From the NCBI RefSeq assembly GCF_026571515.1, contig NW_026860278.1, positions 62,001 through 126,000 of the forward strand: 64,000 nucleotides of DNA. Direction: 5' to 3'. A program made the position numbers and the translations under genes. Below the pieces are notes generated by a model. It was not told the DNA's origin and searched no databases. It worked only from the letters and a program-made list of their open reading frames with translations. Positions 48,201-64,000 of this stretch are shown here, piece by piece. The DNA comes from Ruditapes philippinarum. Taxonomy: Eukaryota. Numbering within the stretch: the stretch's first letter is position 1; each line of letters begins with the position of its first letter.

Positions 48201-51200
48201 CTTATAAAACAAAATTACTTTTCTATGAAACTAGTATTGGTTTTCAAAAATTACATTGGGTTGTCATGACAATGTAACATATAGAAATAGAATGATAAAT
48301 TACTAAATCAAATTTTGAAAATCCATAAAATACGAATGCTATCAATTCTTGTGGGAAATGTATATGTGATAAATTCAACAATCAAACGGATAAATAAATT
48401 TATTTCACAGATATTATTTGTACATGTGTATAGTCAGTTACCAAAGCAACTATAATGTATTGAAATATTAAGAAGGACCGTTATTACTGTTTTGAAATGT
48501 CTACTTAAATATTTAATATAAAACTTGTATTTGTTAAGGTATTATACAGAAATATCTTTCATAAGATATTTTAATATCTTCCCGGTGTATTTATGAATAT
48601 AAATCTACGTATTTTTTGTAGTCATAAATTTTAAAACGTAAATGTAATTCAAACTTGACGGTGTAGCTATGTAAAAAACAACTACTGATATTACAAACAT
48701 ATTTTGCATTTCAATATGCTTATTCCTAAACTAAAAAATAAATATATAAAAAGGAGTGTCGGAAATACTTTTTGACACATGGCATATCATAAATCGAAGA
48801 TTCATGATGTGTAAATTTAATTATGAAACATGTTTTTTATAGGTTTTTTATTTTCATCGCAAGGATTGGTTCAACATTTTCTTAAAGCATTAAGAAAGCA
48901 TTGGGAAGGGATACCATGATATCAGGGGGTGAAAGCTGAGATACGTCGGTGTGTTCATATGATAATGACGGGGTATAGGGAGTATTATTTTTGTTGATAT
49001 GCCGTATACGGTTGCAGTGCACTTAATATTTTGGGTTTGGTTGGTTTGTTTTCCTAACTTATCAAGTAGTTACGTATGTCCTGAATATTGTTTTGTAAGT
49101 GTTCGTATAAAACCGACTGAACACGAAAAGAGCGTATTAAAAGATGTCATATAATGTTAAAATATTGAGAAAACAGAACAAATAAAATAGAACATTGTAA
49201 GCAAAGACCACGTCCTAAATTAGACAGTATCTATTGCAGTAAAAATAGAGAAAACAGAATCCCGATTGTAAATAACCTGTTAACCACGATATTATGCGTT
49301 CACAAAGACTTAATATTTGTAACAGAAATTAATCTATTTGAAAGTCAAACGAACGTCATGTATAAATTGAAATAAATAAAGACGTGCCTATTTACAAACA
49401 CATACATAGTCCTGGAAAGACTAACTAATGCTGAAACATTGGTCATCGCAACATACCAAAATAAGAGCAAGTTGCTCGTAACTAGGCCTGCGTTGGAACA
49501 CAATGTTAAAACACAACAATATTTCGTCACATAGAGAACGATATAGAATTGTAGCATATATTACAATAACTATTTATACTAAATACAACGAAATCTTATT
49601 AGTTATAACTGAACTATATAAATGGTGATATTTCAATTAATTAGTATTAATATTCAAGAGGTATTTCATGATATTTCTTTTCGTAGCGCGTTTTTGTATA
49701 ATTGTAGAAAACGCCAATAAGGAGAAGACACACATTCTGTTTTGTAACATTGCAGTGGAAAATGTTAATTTGCAATGATCTATATTGATGTTACGAAATA
49801 AAATCTTGAAAGTCAATGACCTTGGTTAAAGAGTTAAAGATACAAATACTTAAGTACTTACGCCTCATTTACACTGTATTTTAATAAGATGCAAAAGTGC
49901 TTTGATTGAAAATATATAGATTGACACTAATGCATATTTAGTGTGATAAATTACAATTTCATATCATGAAATAGATCAGTAGGCTGGGTAACATTCATTT
50001 CATTAAAACAAGATTGCCTATTGCGTATGACTATCATCAAATAAAACTTTTGTGAGTTAATGGAATGTAAAACACGCCATGACTTAAAGTTCGCTCTTAA
50101 GTCGATGATTAAAGATATTTGCGATATAGTGTTAAGTGAAGTGCAATTTAAAGCAAAACGGATGCACTTTTAATGAAATGGTTGATACAATTATTAAATG
50201 GTAAATATCAGTTTGATTGGAAAGAAATGTTCCCAATTTAGTTCGAATGAATATTAAATTTTTTATATAGAATATATATACAATATAAAGCAGCACGACT
50301 CCATATTCGTGCTAATTTTCATAACAAATTTTGAAAAAGTCTTGAAAAGTAAAATATTGGGAAGTGAACAAAAAAATTAATTAACATGCAAAAGACATGT
50401 AACAATCCAAGTAAATAACCAACAAGAAGTCAAAATATGCAAAAGTAGCCCTAACTGTGCTAGTCACTCAGAAATTTATTAATAAATCATATTTCATGTC
50501 AATAATTTCTTGAATCTAAATTTTTTTCCAATTTTCTTTAATTCTTATTACACTACTGCAAGGCTTTAAAAGAATTCAATTAAAGTATACATTAGCTATC
50601 AATCTACAAAATACATTTATAAATAATATGTATAAGTAATTAAATTAATTTATATTTTAAAGAAACAATTAAAGATACACAATGACTCAGAAACAGAAAT
50701 TTTGATATAATGTTTACATAATGGTTTTAGAGAATGTATAATGATTGTTATCAAAAACAAGTATTGATAAATGTGAAATAAATTTAACATTAATTTAAAC
50801 CAATTTTACAAGTTTCTTGCAGCAGTAATGATTATGTTGTAAATAGAAAGAGTAAAAAAAGAGTTGTGTTTTTAAAGATATATTATGCTCATCCTTGAGT
50901 AAAATATTTTAATCACTTATTTATTTATTGAAATCTATGAAATTCTTACTGAATTTGTCTATTTTGAATAAAGGAATGAATTAACTATGAATGGTAAGCT
51001 GATTCCCTATTACAGGTCAAATAAAGTAGGTTTTCTTTCTTTTAAAAGGTGCCAGTTTTTTCAAGGACTCTCTATGTTCATATTGTGACCTCCTAGAGTT
51101 TATTGAATTTTAAACATAACATATTAGCATGTTAATTTATATTTACAAAGAGTCTGTGAAGCAATTATCAATACTTTTAATATTACATCTGCGCATGGAA

Positions 51201-54200
51201 ATAGTATATCAACAATCACTGTTTTGAAAAGTATAAGTAAACTCAAAATATACTTATTTATAAGATAAACAAGGTATCAAAGGGAGCAGTATGACAAAAA
51301 TCACGATTTTCCAAAAATAACCAAAACATGTTCGTCATATCGGCGACACCACACAGATATAGGTTTTCTATTTTGTAATATAATACCTCAATGACTGCGT
51401 GTTAGGACAAAAATTAGTTTATATTGTATAACGATATCAAGAGGTGATGACGATGGTATATTTATCAGGACGTGAAATTAATACCCTTATAATATATACA
51501 CCATGGCTGACCTGGCATCTGGAAGTAGGAGCAAATTATAGGTTTGAATTTAGTAGTGTGTATCCGTTACACTCGTGACATGGCATACATGAACCTATCT
51601 TGTCTATTACCTTGTCATAAAATAGAATTAGATATGCACTGCTTCAATGGCTTTAAAAGAAAAAAAAACGTCTAGTACGTTCACAGGACGGTCATTGACT
51701 TGACATAACACACATTAGCCTCAACTTTAACCTGTATCTTAAATGCTTTATATTGTTCTACCCTATGCAGGAAAGCTAAATCAAATGTTTGACATTTGAG
51801 TTATGGGATGCTTATCTCATTTTTATACATCTTTCAAAACAAGTACGATTCGATTTTTCAAACTTTTTATATTTTATGATTTGGTCTAAGGTCGCACCAA
51901 CACAGTATAGGTCATATATGGCGACTTTTTAGTTTTACATGTGTGTGAAGATATGTTTACAACGCAATATTAACGTTAATATTTCATATAAAAATATTGT
52001 TTATTACCATTCATTTCGATAATGCACTTATTACCGGATTGTTATACTTTCTTCTGTATAATAAAATAATGGTATTTCACGTGGAATTCTTTTGATGAGA
52101 TATGTTAAACATTATGTTATTCAATGATAACAAAACCATGAGCCGGATCTAAAGTTATATAAATATTACATTTCATCTAATAATGTGCATAATATTGTAA
52201 AATAGGACACATGAAAATCATGCACATTCAACGGTTGAGACTACGTTATGTAAAATGTAGAATGAAGATACATTTAGGTGATATCTCACGCTGTAGGTAA
52301 AATATTTATATTGAGCAGTATTTGACATTTTTAGAGTGCATAATATTTTTGATAAGCATTTTAAAGTTGCATGCCTCTAGAGCTAAACTATTTCAAGAAA
52401 ATAAAACTTGAGCAAAATGTTTAAAGATTTTATGAAAAATAAAAATATTCGTGATTCAAGTAATAATATACATGTTATGTTCGATTAATTACTGATTTTG
52501 CAGTATTCAACACCATATTTCTACCACGTGACTAACGCAGCAAGGGCTATTTTTGCATATTTTGACCTTCTTTTGGTATTTTGCGTAGATTGTAAGTGCC
52601 CTTTGCAAATTGTAAATAACTTTCTTTGTTCACTACACAATATTTTACTTTTAAATAAATATTCAAATGAATCTGAAGCCATGTTGCTTTAACACAAAGT
52701 ATGTTTATTTTGCTCTGTAAATTGTAAACGTGTTCTAATAACAAATCATAAACCCAAACGGTGGCCTACTGGTGGTACAACGACCGCAATACAACAGGTT
52801 ACAGGTTCGAGGTTCGATCGTCGAAGGATTATGTTTAAACCATCGTATTAATTATAATGAACAAAGTTTTATAAAAAAAAAAGCGGATAGATTATTGACT
52901 ATGTATCAAAGGTGTGGTATTGTATGGTTTCAATGCAAGATTTTCCGTGAAATAGCATTGTAAATCGTACTCTAAATTCGAGTGTGAACACTTTGGCCAG
53001 TAGAATTATAAAATTGTTCATGGTGACTTTTAAATGTGTCCAATGATTCACAGTAACGAAACTAACGTGATTAAAAGAAATAATATGTAAGCATTATTCA
53101 TACGTAATAAGCAATTTAAAATATCTAAACAAACATAAAAGGAGTAAAAAGTTAGTAAAAGTCGCGAAAACCTGAAATCTAAAACAAGTATTAGTATCTT
53201 CAATCGGAAAGATACACAAGACACTTTCATTTTTTAAACGTGTGTTTGAAATGATATATTTAAAAGGATCATAAAACAAATATTGTCTATATGTAGTCAG
53301 CAAAAATGCCGGAGATTACGTAAATGATACTATTCAGCAAAAAATATCGAAGTAATTGCGTATCACGATTAACTGATAGTAAAAACATTCACGTGCACCC
53401 CTAGGGTACTGTCGTCAAATAGAAATCTAGTCTTATTATATTTCATGATGACATATTTTTGAAATTAACGCTAAAAGCTTTAAAATCGCTGCAAGCCATC
53501 CTACATCGATCTTACATAAGCATGACGGTTATCAATTTTTTGCTATATGTTAAGTAATATGACTAATAAAGTACTTGAAAATCTAATTTAAGAAAATATT
53601 TGATATTTTAACAGTCCACATGTCTTATAAATAATATCATGTTGATGTTCTATTAAAAAAAATCGTCACGACGCAACTGCGCATTACATGTTTTATAACT
53701 AAATAAAATAAAGTAGAATATGATACAAGAATATAATATGCTAAAATACAAATAAATAAAAAATTTGTTAAAGATAGCCATTATTAATAAGACATCGATC
53801 ATATTTTGAACAATAAATATATCATATTTCAAAGGTGGACCGTTACTGACCAGGTGGAAATTCAGACCCATTTCGCTGTAGACCGCAGACTGTTAGGTTT
53901 GAATAACACTTGGTACTAAGAAAAAATGTATGACAATTTCGACTGTGAAGCATAGATGTATTTTATGATACAAAGTTTCAACTTAAAATGCATATATTTA
54001 TGTTTTATACTATATTATATGGACAACAGCATAATATACATGAAATCTGGAATGATATAATGATTGAAATGTTTTGAATGTTATTCTTCTACCTTTGGTA
54101 CCTAAAGGTAAAATTATTGCTAAAAATGTGGAAAAGGGTGACCCCTCGGAAGCATTAATCACATCAAAATTACATGACAATTGCAGACTCGGTTTGATTG

Positions 54201-54780
54201 ACTCTTTACATAAGGGATAATAAAACAATGTGCAACATCCCTCACGCCCCTAGCACCGGCCGGGACAGTACTCAATATTCAACACTCAATGATCCCGAAG
54301 GACCAGAAAAATATAATAACATTAAAGTGAAGTAAACACACTAAACATAGATAAACACCTTATCAAATAAACAACTCTTTACCATGTGTTCAGCATTCAT
54401 ACAATAAGAATTCATAAACAACACAAATGATATTCCAAAAAAACTAGAAGACCAAGAGGTTACATGAATATGGAGTCATCATGCATATAAAATTTACATT
54501 AATTTTAACTTGAAATAAAATCTACTAAACCCGTAATGACCTATATCCTATACTAGCAAACGCATTCGTAATGATTAATTTCAATAATTCATAGGAATGT
54601 CAATCTATTGGGCTACACACGCAGGTATTGATCTTAGCACATGAATAAATAAGTAAGTGATATTGTGAACTATTGTATTAGTATCACGTTTCTAAGAATG
54701 TCTACAGCCCAATATTGCATCTAAATATAAATATTTTTAAGGCGATATGTTCTAAATATAAATACGATTAATTGCACGGC

Positions 54781-54905
54781 AGTTGTTTTCTTTTTTGTTT
54801 TGTTTGTTTGTTTGATTTTTGGTGTTGTTTTTTTTTGTTGTTGTTTTTTTTGTTTGTTTGTTTTTTTTTCTGTTATTGTTGTTGTTGTTGGTAGTGGTGG
54901 TGTTT
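54781..54905. repeat. GT-rich low-complexity (GTTT/GTT)n tract
   Basis: Direct reading. Confidence 0.85.
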
Positions 54906-57900
54906 GGCACTGTAAAACGTATTTTTGTAAACGTTTTAAGCCATAATCAAGCACCTACTTGCTTTAAACATAGCCATCGGAGTATCCGTATTCAAATTAT
55001 TCACACTTAAACATTATTTAATTTCAATATTAAGTGTTTATACACACAATGACATTTTGCACTCTTAAAATTACTCATTGACAATCATTTTATTTGTGGG
55101 CAAATGGGTCAGATACGTATATTTTATGTAAGCAGGGTTATAAATCATATTGTAGTTTTTATTGAAGATAGATGTACCTTCTGTGAAAGGTTTAATCATG
55201 CGAGGTATATCTAAAATTAAATCAGCATATACCCCTATAATTTTCTTTAATTTCAAACGGTTTACAAAGAGATAAAAAAGGTCATGAAATAGCACTGTTA
55301 TACAACTTTGACTTCTAAAATACGACTTTTTTACACTTGATATAGCTCTGCAATCTTTAATCATCGAAACCAGATATTCATTTCTTAAAGGATTCTTTAC
55401 TTTTACTATTATTTTACTATTATTTACAAAGAAAAACAAATGTCAGTGCATTATCGTTTAAGCGTTTTTAATCTTTGTCAAAAAGTAATTTTGTGCCAAA
55501 GATGAAATTATTACTTTGATTAAAAAGATAGAAAAAGCAAGTACTGTCAAATAAAGTATGCCTCTCAGTAAATATGTGACAATGTTAATGAACACTTAAG
55601 TATATGTGAGGTTATGTGATAGAGACAACATGAGCAAACAAATTTTTGTTATAACAAATAAAAATTGTTTGACTTGAACGTTGCATTTGTATAGCATTTT
55701 TCATTATATTGATAATACACTTGAAATGGAAGTAGCTATAACTGACATGAAATTTTAAAATGACACATGGGCATGTTTTACATATTATGGTCCAATGAAA
55801 CAGTCATGTTGTTCTTCTTTGCGTTTTTTTTAAAACATGTTGTACAAACTCTTTTATTATGCCATATATTTTTAATGTTATCAGGTCATTATACATCATT
55901 GACTACAATATTGAATTCTATTGGGTGAGAATACAACTGTCAAAACAAAATTAGACTCTGAAAATGAAAACAAGGCTATATAAAGCCACGATTTCAACCT
56001 CGCTAATCCATTATTTCCACTTCACTAACTCACTATTTCAATTTCATGACTTCAACGTCATGAATTCATAATTTGAACATCACGATTTCAGCTTTGTAAA
56101 TTTACGATTTCAATGCATGAAGTTGAAATCTTGAATTCATCCTAACCAATATTGTTTTTGTACTATAAATCAAGTTATTTGAATTACGTATTATGTAGGA
56201 TAGTGTGTGCAGATATTGAATACATTTGACAATACATTTCTTACAATACCCTTTCCTCTTTTATATCTTTCTTACTTTAACTGTATTTATAATGACGTTG
56301 TTTAAGATTTCTTCAGACCAGGAAGTATATGCCTTAAGATTTTACCTATAGAAATACAACTGCACGAAGCGCATTGACCTTTGTAACTAGAGGTAATAAA
56401 TCAAAATATACCATTATTTGATATAATTGATATGCATGTATGGAAAGAAGAATGGACGGATGGATGTACGTACGTACGTACGAACGAACAAACGAATGAA
56501 TGAATGAACACTTCGTGTTTTTTTTTTCGTAAATGTTACTTTGGCATTTTCCTCATTAACGAGTGAAAATAACCACTTCATCCGATGGTTCTTGTGGTTT
56601 ATTTATTCTTTATTTATTTTTTTTTTCATCTATTTTATTTATTTTTGTTCAAGTACGATTATGGATAGAATTAAGCTCATAAACCATTTGATGTTTGCCT
56701 AGACTGACGCACGGAGAGACGATCGAACAAACGAGTCTCAAAATGTATTTTCCGACAGCAAGAACATTTAGACTCCTTACACTTGATGTCCAGTAAGCTG
56801 ATTATTTCAAAATACATCAGATTTCAAAAATATAATGATTGTGTTCAATAAACAATTATGTACGTTTCCAATAAACAATGACTATATTTAGAGTAAACAA
56901 AGAAAACGTGATTTATATACTAGAATATTAGACGTTTTGTCAACATAAATGTTTGGATAATGTGTGGCAGGGTTTTGTTGGTGCGGCGTTTCTTGAGCGT
57001 CGCTCCCCCTGGTAATGTTTATTCCTTCATATTTTTTTATATTAGTAGGAAAATTAAACAATTTAATCCCAAAGGTTTAGCAATAAAGGCAGTTTTACAC
57101 AGAGGCTGAAAGGTATAAAAACAGTACATGATTTGAATTATTAAAATAGTGAACATAGTTTTCGTGACCAGAAAGTTTACATCCTAAAAATATCAATAAT
57201 GAGTTAAACATTATTCATATCTTTAGCTATAGAATTAAACGCCCTATGACCATGAATTTAATAAGTTAAAATCGTATATTAATTGATTTCCATTGCATAT
57301 GTACAGATTTTAACTTTACATATCAGCGGCTTTGCATTTAAACATGTATGTCTACGTAGGTTTTATACCCGTTAGAACTATTTCTGTGCGTCTAATATTT
57401 ACAATAATAGTTTGAAAATGTTATTTAGTTTCCAGCTAGGTTCCTTTTTAACAGCAAAAATTGATGGCGTATGTATACATTTATTTTTAACCTAAGTCAT
57501 AGTTTGATCAATTTCAAAAGAAAGTCAATAAAAATAACTATGATATTTCACACTTTATATCAATAAGAATAATACAATGTTGCGGCAAATATCGGACAAA
57601 AATACGAACCCTTAAGAATTGAAAAGTAACTTAACAAAATGGTTTAAGACGGCGCACATTTAACTATCCAGAATTTGACAATTTTCTAAATTTTGTTGAG
57701 GCAGAAACACATGTATTTACGAACATTCAATATCATTAAAAAAACATTTTTCTTTGCAGCCAACCGCAAGTCAGTGAATTCATATGTCATTTAATATCCA
57801 CGTAATATATATATTTAAAAAATAATAATGTAAACAGAGATATCAAATGAACAATTTAATGAAGAACGGAAGGCAAAACATAACAAAGAACAAAGCAAAT

Positions 57901-58289
57901 CAAATAGAACGCAAATTTGAACTTCATCAAGGTAAATAAATGACGTCTATTTGATCGTCCTTGACATTGACCTTTATTGTCAGAAGAATCATGATTGGTC
58001 TGAATGAAAATGTGTTTATATTGATCCACTCGCAACTCGAAATTGTGATCACCGCCCAATTTAGAAAAACTGGTCAACCGTTGATATCGAAAATTACATT
58101 TATTACTTTTATAAAAGAGGTGTAATTTAAAACTGTATACTGTCTAAAGTACATTTTGTAGTGCAAAGTTCAGCGACAAGGAATAAAATGTGTGCCATCA
58201 ATGAAAAGTATACTTTTTAAATAACCATCCAGAGATTATTTGTATCGTAATTTTGAAAAAGATTTTAGTCACGTGAAAGTTAAAAACTG

Positions 58290-58500
58290 AGTGGCGGCAT
58301 GACCGAGGGGTTAATGTGCCGAACTAGTAATCTAAACATTGCTAGCCGCGTGTAGGGGCAAGCCGTTGTTTTCGTTAGCAGGAAACTTTCAACGTCTTGC
58401 AATGCTTAGTACTGATTGGTTCAAGAAATGAATTTGAGTTTTTTTTTCAATAAGCTTATAGCTTTCAACACATTTGAACTAAAATAAATTCTTATAAACT
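58290..58500 (+). mobile_element. Degraded SINE-like element
   Basis: A-box-like tgaccgaggggttaa head and A-rich tail gaactaaaataaatt. Confidence 0.45.
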
Positions 58501-61500
58501 TAAGTCAAAAACTATTTATTTCTCTCATTCCATGTATAAACATGACACAAGAGGTGACAATTATGAATAAAAAAAGTAGAATGATGCTCAAGCAGCAGTT
58601 AATAAGGTGAGGTTTATACTAACAAAAAACTATGATAGTAAATAATTTAATATTAAATATTAAGTTTGTAGACTTTAAAGTATCAAGTATGTGGAGAGTC
58701 AAAACGTTTCTGTATATTTATGAAACAAATGTGTAATACCCCCATACAATCAAGAAGCAGTTACATCAAATTGCTAAACAAACTGTATGTTAAATTACTA
58801 GATCTATCCAGAAATTGTTAATACATGACATAATTAGAGGAAAAAAGAAGAAGGAAGGCTATTTCTTTTGTATACAGTGGACAGAAATGATACTTTTATG
58901 TAAAGAAAAATGGCACGCAATTTTAACATTGAAACAGAATTATAAATATATTTGACAGTTTGTGCATAATGAAAAACATAAGAGACAATGTGTTAGCTTT
59001 GATAACTTAGTAACGAAATGTATGTATGAAAACGTAACAGAAGTGTCCCAATTTTCTTACCATTCGACCAACTAAATGATAAAGGGACATGGAGAAATAT
59101 AATTTATGTAACATTAAAAACTGCTTTCGGTTCATGTTTGCTGTCTTTTTGTTCGATTAAGCTTGATTATTTTTTCAGCCTTCAATATTTTACTTTGATT
59201 ATGATTGTAGGTTAAGCGAACATTAATTTATATTATTTTGAAAGAGGTGCACAAAAATGCCAATGTCCCCTTCTGACTTTAATAGTAACAATTTCCGTTA
59301 TATTAATATTGTGAACATTTAGGTTATTGTTCCTTAAAACTTATTTTATTAACACCTTTCCAATTATTTCCCAAGTCAATTTTACTTAATATATTTTTTT
59401 AATTGGGGTGGGTTCAAAGCTATGAATAAAAGGATAACAATATACTGTAGCTCAAATAATGATATTTTAGTGTTACTGGTCGGAACCCCAACTCATTTAA
59501 AAACCACTGCATACTATCTGAACGGAATGCATGCATTTGACAACAGTATCTTTAATATGCCATGTAATGATAATATTTAGTATCGGGAAGATAGCACTGA
59601 TATTGAAGATCGAAGGTCAAAAATTCAGTTTATAGCTTTGAACTTCAAGATAATATTATCGCAAAATTCACTCTTGACTATTTCTAGTGACACTGCCAAA
59701 TAGTTTGTCTGATAATGTACAATTTTTAAACATTTCGTTTTTGAAACATATCTAAACACTTGTTCTTATTATATATAAACGGGTGTACATTTGTGTGTTA
59801 AATTGATATATGCGGATGTGCATTTGTTTATTTCTAAAACTAAAAAGGACCTGTAGCTCTTAAAAAGGTTGTGCATACTGATAAATGACACCTTCGCATT
59901 TAAGTTTTGTTTACAAAATATTAAAAGTAGGTACACATATTTGAGAGTATATGTATCAATTACACGAATAATACATTACATGTATGAAGATTTTTTGAAT
60001 TCTCAAAATACATTAAAGATTTCTGGAGGCAAGGATAATGTATTTATTATAAATATTTAATAAACACTTCAAAGGCTGTGATATAGGCAACAGCCTATAT
60101 TGTCTACATAACATTTTAAACCGTGATGTTCATCCAAACACCAAAGATATACTATACTCATCTTTGGGTAAAATAATTCTATCGCAGAAATTTATTGAAA
60201 TCTATTAACTTCTCGCGAAATATGTCTAATTTGAATTTTAAAAATGTTAACATTTTGTATGGGAAGCTGCATTACCGGTCAAGTAAAGTTGGTATTTCTT
60301 AAAAAAAACACACAAAAAAACAACTGCCAGTTATGTTAATGACACTTTTTATTCTTATAGTGGCCTCCTATATTGTATAGGGTTTTAAACTTAAAATGTC
60401 TACTCTGTGTGAATTCGAAACATGTTGACTTCATATTTACAGAGAAACTGTGTAGCAATTTTCAATATTTTCAAACATCAAATTTGAGCATGATTTATCG
60501 TTAATCTGGTGCAAGTTTAAGAGACACATTAAGTAGGATATCTTTGATGAGCGTTTATGTTAGAAACTGTAAAATATTTAAGGTCGTTTCCACCTGCAAT
60601 GAGTAGTAATAATGGTTTATAATTGTGTATGTATGGTCTTGGTGGTCTGTTAACTTCATTATTTGCAAGTACAAGGTTGCAACAATGCTTACAAGACTTA
60701 CTTGCAAATTTTGGGCATTGTCTGATTAAAGTTCCATTTGACATTGCCTCTTGATACAGTAGTATTTTCCTCCTCAATCTTATCTGACATAGAATTGATT
60801 GACCTTATACTCTATACATATATATACCTATCACTAATGGATAAAAAAAGGGTTTTTTCAGGGTATTGGATAAAAAATATTTTCCGGTAATTGGATGAAA
60901 AGAGGTCTTTTCGTGTATTCTATCCACCAAAATCAAATGGTATACTATGTGTAAGCATTTTTTGTACAATTTAAAATTCTTAAAGTAATATCACCATATA
61001 TATTAAATAAGATGACAAACAAGAACGGCCTGACCCTTTGTGACATTGCAATATACCAAGCGAAATGATTCAAACTTTTTAAGTTTCATTTGATTAAAAT
61101 TGTCCACGTGTCGCATACTTTACTCCATAATTAACCTTTTGTTGAAGTAATTCAATCCACCCGGGTCTTATTTTGACTTCAACACAGGGTTGAATGTACG
61201 AAATTGTATATGCATGCATGACCTACTTTGAATGAATTGTCAATTATGATATTGTTATATTGGCATACAACTTTTATGATTTTAGCATGTTATTTTTAAA
61301 TCTTTGCACTTGTTGGTGTATAAAATGTTCTTCTGAATTAAAACCGTTTTGTAATTTGCGAAAGTGTTATAATACCCGTGACACAGAGCTTTTATATCAT
61401 AATATAATCAATAAGCAGTTAAGCGAAACTTATGCTCATGACTTTAAACGCAAATAAAAGTACAGCGTTATAAATATGTTTCAAATAATAATTAATATAG

Positions 61501-62875
61501 ATATACTAGAATTAATAACGGGTTCATATAAATCAAAGGTAAAACTTCAGTTTAACTATCAATAGCATTGTCTAACATTTTGCCAATTTCCATACGCATG
61601 AACTGTTACCTTAATGAAACTATCGATTTAACGTATCAAAGCATACCTGTTAAGAAGTCAAGCTATATCTAACTCCACATGAAAAAAAAAGCAAAACAAT
61701 GGCACACTATTTTCTCCCTTAATAAGCGAATACAGTCAACATGCACGTCACAGGTGTTTGAAAAATCTTAATTGTTTAAATGTCCATATTTGTAATGATA
61801 TACCCCGGTAGAGTTGTTGTGTACGGTTTAACTGCTTTATATATATTTCACGATCGCACATTAACATTGACTGTCGACATCTACAACCTCGTTTAAGGCA
61901 CGGGTAGTGCGTTTCATGCTTAACTTGAAACTTTAACCGATGTACCAATTCGTTATTTTAGGAAATTATATCAATTGTATTTTTTAAACAGTAAGTGTCA
62001 CGTTGTGCAAAACTTATAATAGCAAACACTACCTGTATAAATAACGTCTATTGAACTCTATCGGTTTTCAATAAAAAAAATTTCACCGATGAATGATCAG
62101 TGATATTTGCGTCCTTTAATGTCAGTTCTAAAATTGGCTTAAAGGTAGATTGTCTGATATTACAACATAAGATCTATGATAGGGCTTTTATTTGTAATGC
62201 AATGTTGAACAACCATTTAAATTAAATTAGATTGATACACAAGACATTGTGTAAGGTTACTTATGCATTATATAAATTGTGTTTATTTAATAGAAATATA
62301 TTGTGTTTTTGTTTATTTTGTAAGACTTAGTAAAATATGTATTATTGTCTTTTTATTTATATAGCAGATGTGAATCTACCGACAAAGGTAGCTTTGGTCT
62401 GTTAAATGTTTCTTTTCTTTACAGTCTGTCCATAGGTTTATATATCTTTCAGGGGTTAAAATGGTAGAAAAGTCAATAGTTTTATAAGTCGATAACGGTT
62501 TTTTGTTGCATACCGACTAAAAAAAGACTGTGTGAAAAATGTGTTAATTTGAAAGAAATGTATGCCGTCAAATGAAACATATTGATACTATTCCAGTTCT
62601 TGAAATAAGTTGTGTGAGATTGATAAAGACGATGAGATTTATGAAGAAAAATATACTAAACTAACTGTTATACATTATATTCTACTTTTATGCCGTGCAA
62701 CTGGGATATACTTATAACAAATGAATTTTAATTTTATTGATAAACTATGTTTTAAATCGTAAAACTCGACAAAGCACACTATCAATTTATTTTCACAAGG
62801 TTTTATTTTTAATGACTCGAAGAAAATCTTAAACTTAACCGATTCCAAAATAACATGTTAAAAATTACGCGTATC

Positions 62876-62936
62876 AAATATTAGAATAAATATTAGAATA
62901 AATATTACAATAAATATTACAATAATTATTACAATA
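62876..62936. repeat. 12-bp tandem repeat aaatatta(g/c)aat
   Basis: About 5 units. Confidence 0.8.
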
Positions 62937-63854
62937 AAAAGCAACAAGGGGGAGAATCGTTTACGGAACACAGACCCGACACATCCAAAAGCAACGGCAC
63001 CCAAAAGGGGTACCACACGAGCAAGGACATACAAACAATTCAAATCTTAATATATCTGGGATACTTGTTACTTTACTCTACAACGCTATGATATAGCAAA
63101 ATTGAATAATAAATTATATAAGGGGAAAAAACAAATACATATATTTTCAGAATATATTTTGTTTATACATTTCTTTAATATAATAAAAGTATAATTTCAT
63201 CAGCAATTTGCTTTATATAAATACAAAAAAAAAACGTTGTCAACAAGTTTTCATCATTTGAATTAACCTCTTAATAACACAATAATTATACTGATTAAGC
63301 CGATGTAAGGAGGGGGGGGGAGCGTTCACTTGCTTTAACCTATGCAATGCAGGAAATGAGTCAATAAAATTAGCCTCAGTACAACATGCCCTTTATATTT
63401 CTTACTCAGTTATATTTTAGATATAATTGATATTGTACTTTTTAAACTTTGAAAATTTTAATACAGGCATTATACATAACATCACTATTTTAAAGATATT
63501 ATATTCGGAAAACTATCCGGAACGTACGTATACACATATGTAAATGATGGTCGCAAAATATCCTTCAATAATTGTATTGTGTATCAAATTTATATTAGAT
63601 ATTCATATCATGCGCAGATATTTCAGTATACCTATGAGAATTTATTTATCCTATCCACTGTATAATTTATGACTGTTAAATTTAGATGTACAATTTTCCG
63701 TAATGTATTTCGTATTAACCGAACACCATTTATACCAACTCGAATGCACACAGACTAGCGATGTCACTTTTCAATGATGCCTAATTTCACTAGCCATTAA
63801 CGTTAAGTAACCTGCTAGTTTTTGTTGTTTTTTGTTTTAATGACACGCCTTTAT

Positions 63855-63995
63855 ATTCATATTGTGACCACCTATAGTGCATTGAATTTTAAACATAACA
63901 TATCTACTTTTAAACATAACATATCTACTTTGTGTGAAGTCAAAACATGTTTATTTATATATTTACAAAGAGACGGTTTAGTAATTATCAATATT
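63855..63995. repeat. Dispersed repeat, other copies at ~51077-51175 and ~60395-60470
   Basis: ttcatattgtgacc...attgaattttaaacataacatat...atatttacaaagag. Confidence 0.7.
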
Positions 63996-64000
63996 GCTGA

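Noticed and set aside
40000-64000. A second protein-coding gene in the right-hand 24 kb
   Set aside because: No exon chain, domain motif or coding-like composition found; the ORFs are typical of AT-rich noise. Small or non-coding exons cannot be excluded.

Overview
AT-rich (roughly 30% GC) eukaryotic genomic DNA. The repeat families suggest a bivalve mollusc, which is an inference. Positions ~7.85-39.9 kb hold one large spliced gene on the minus strand, reconstructed here by hand. It has 26 exons with GT-AG boundaries and consistent phases (4,250 nt, ~1,416 aa through the transmembrane exon), plus two less certain cytoplasmic exons lying in error-prone or gapped sequence. The protein is a type I membrane receptor with this architecture: signal peptide, T/P-rich stub, three YWTD beta-propeller + EGF units, five 6-Cys Sushi/CCP-like domains, TM helix, and a tail with an NPxY motif. 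It is LRP/LDLR-like but has no LDLa ligand-binding repeats. Three observations stand out. (1) Three unrelated tandem arrays (units of ~33, ~55 and ~77 bp) are each built from copies of one of the gene's own functional splice junctions. (2) An RKKR|Q furin-type site sits in an insert exon within propeller 2, and cleavage would expose a near-copy of the mature N-terminus. (3) Intron 18 holds a nested transposon stack that includes a CAGG-ended element with a 5-bp TSD. The rest of the window (1-7.8 kb, 40-64 kb) is non-coding: MITEs, SINEs, dispersed repeats and microsatellites. There are no prokaryotic features, CRISPR arrays or supportable RNA genes.
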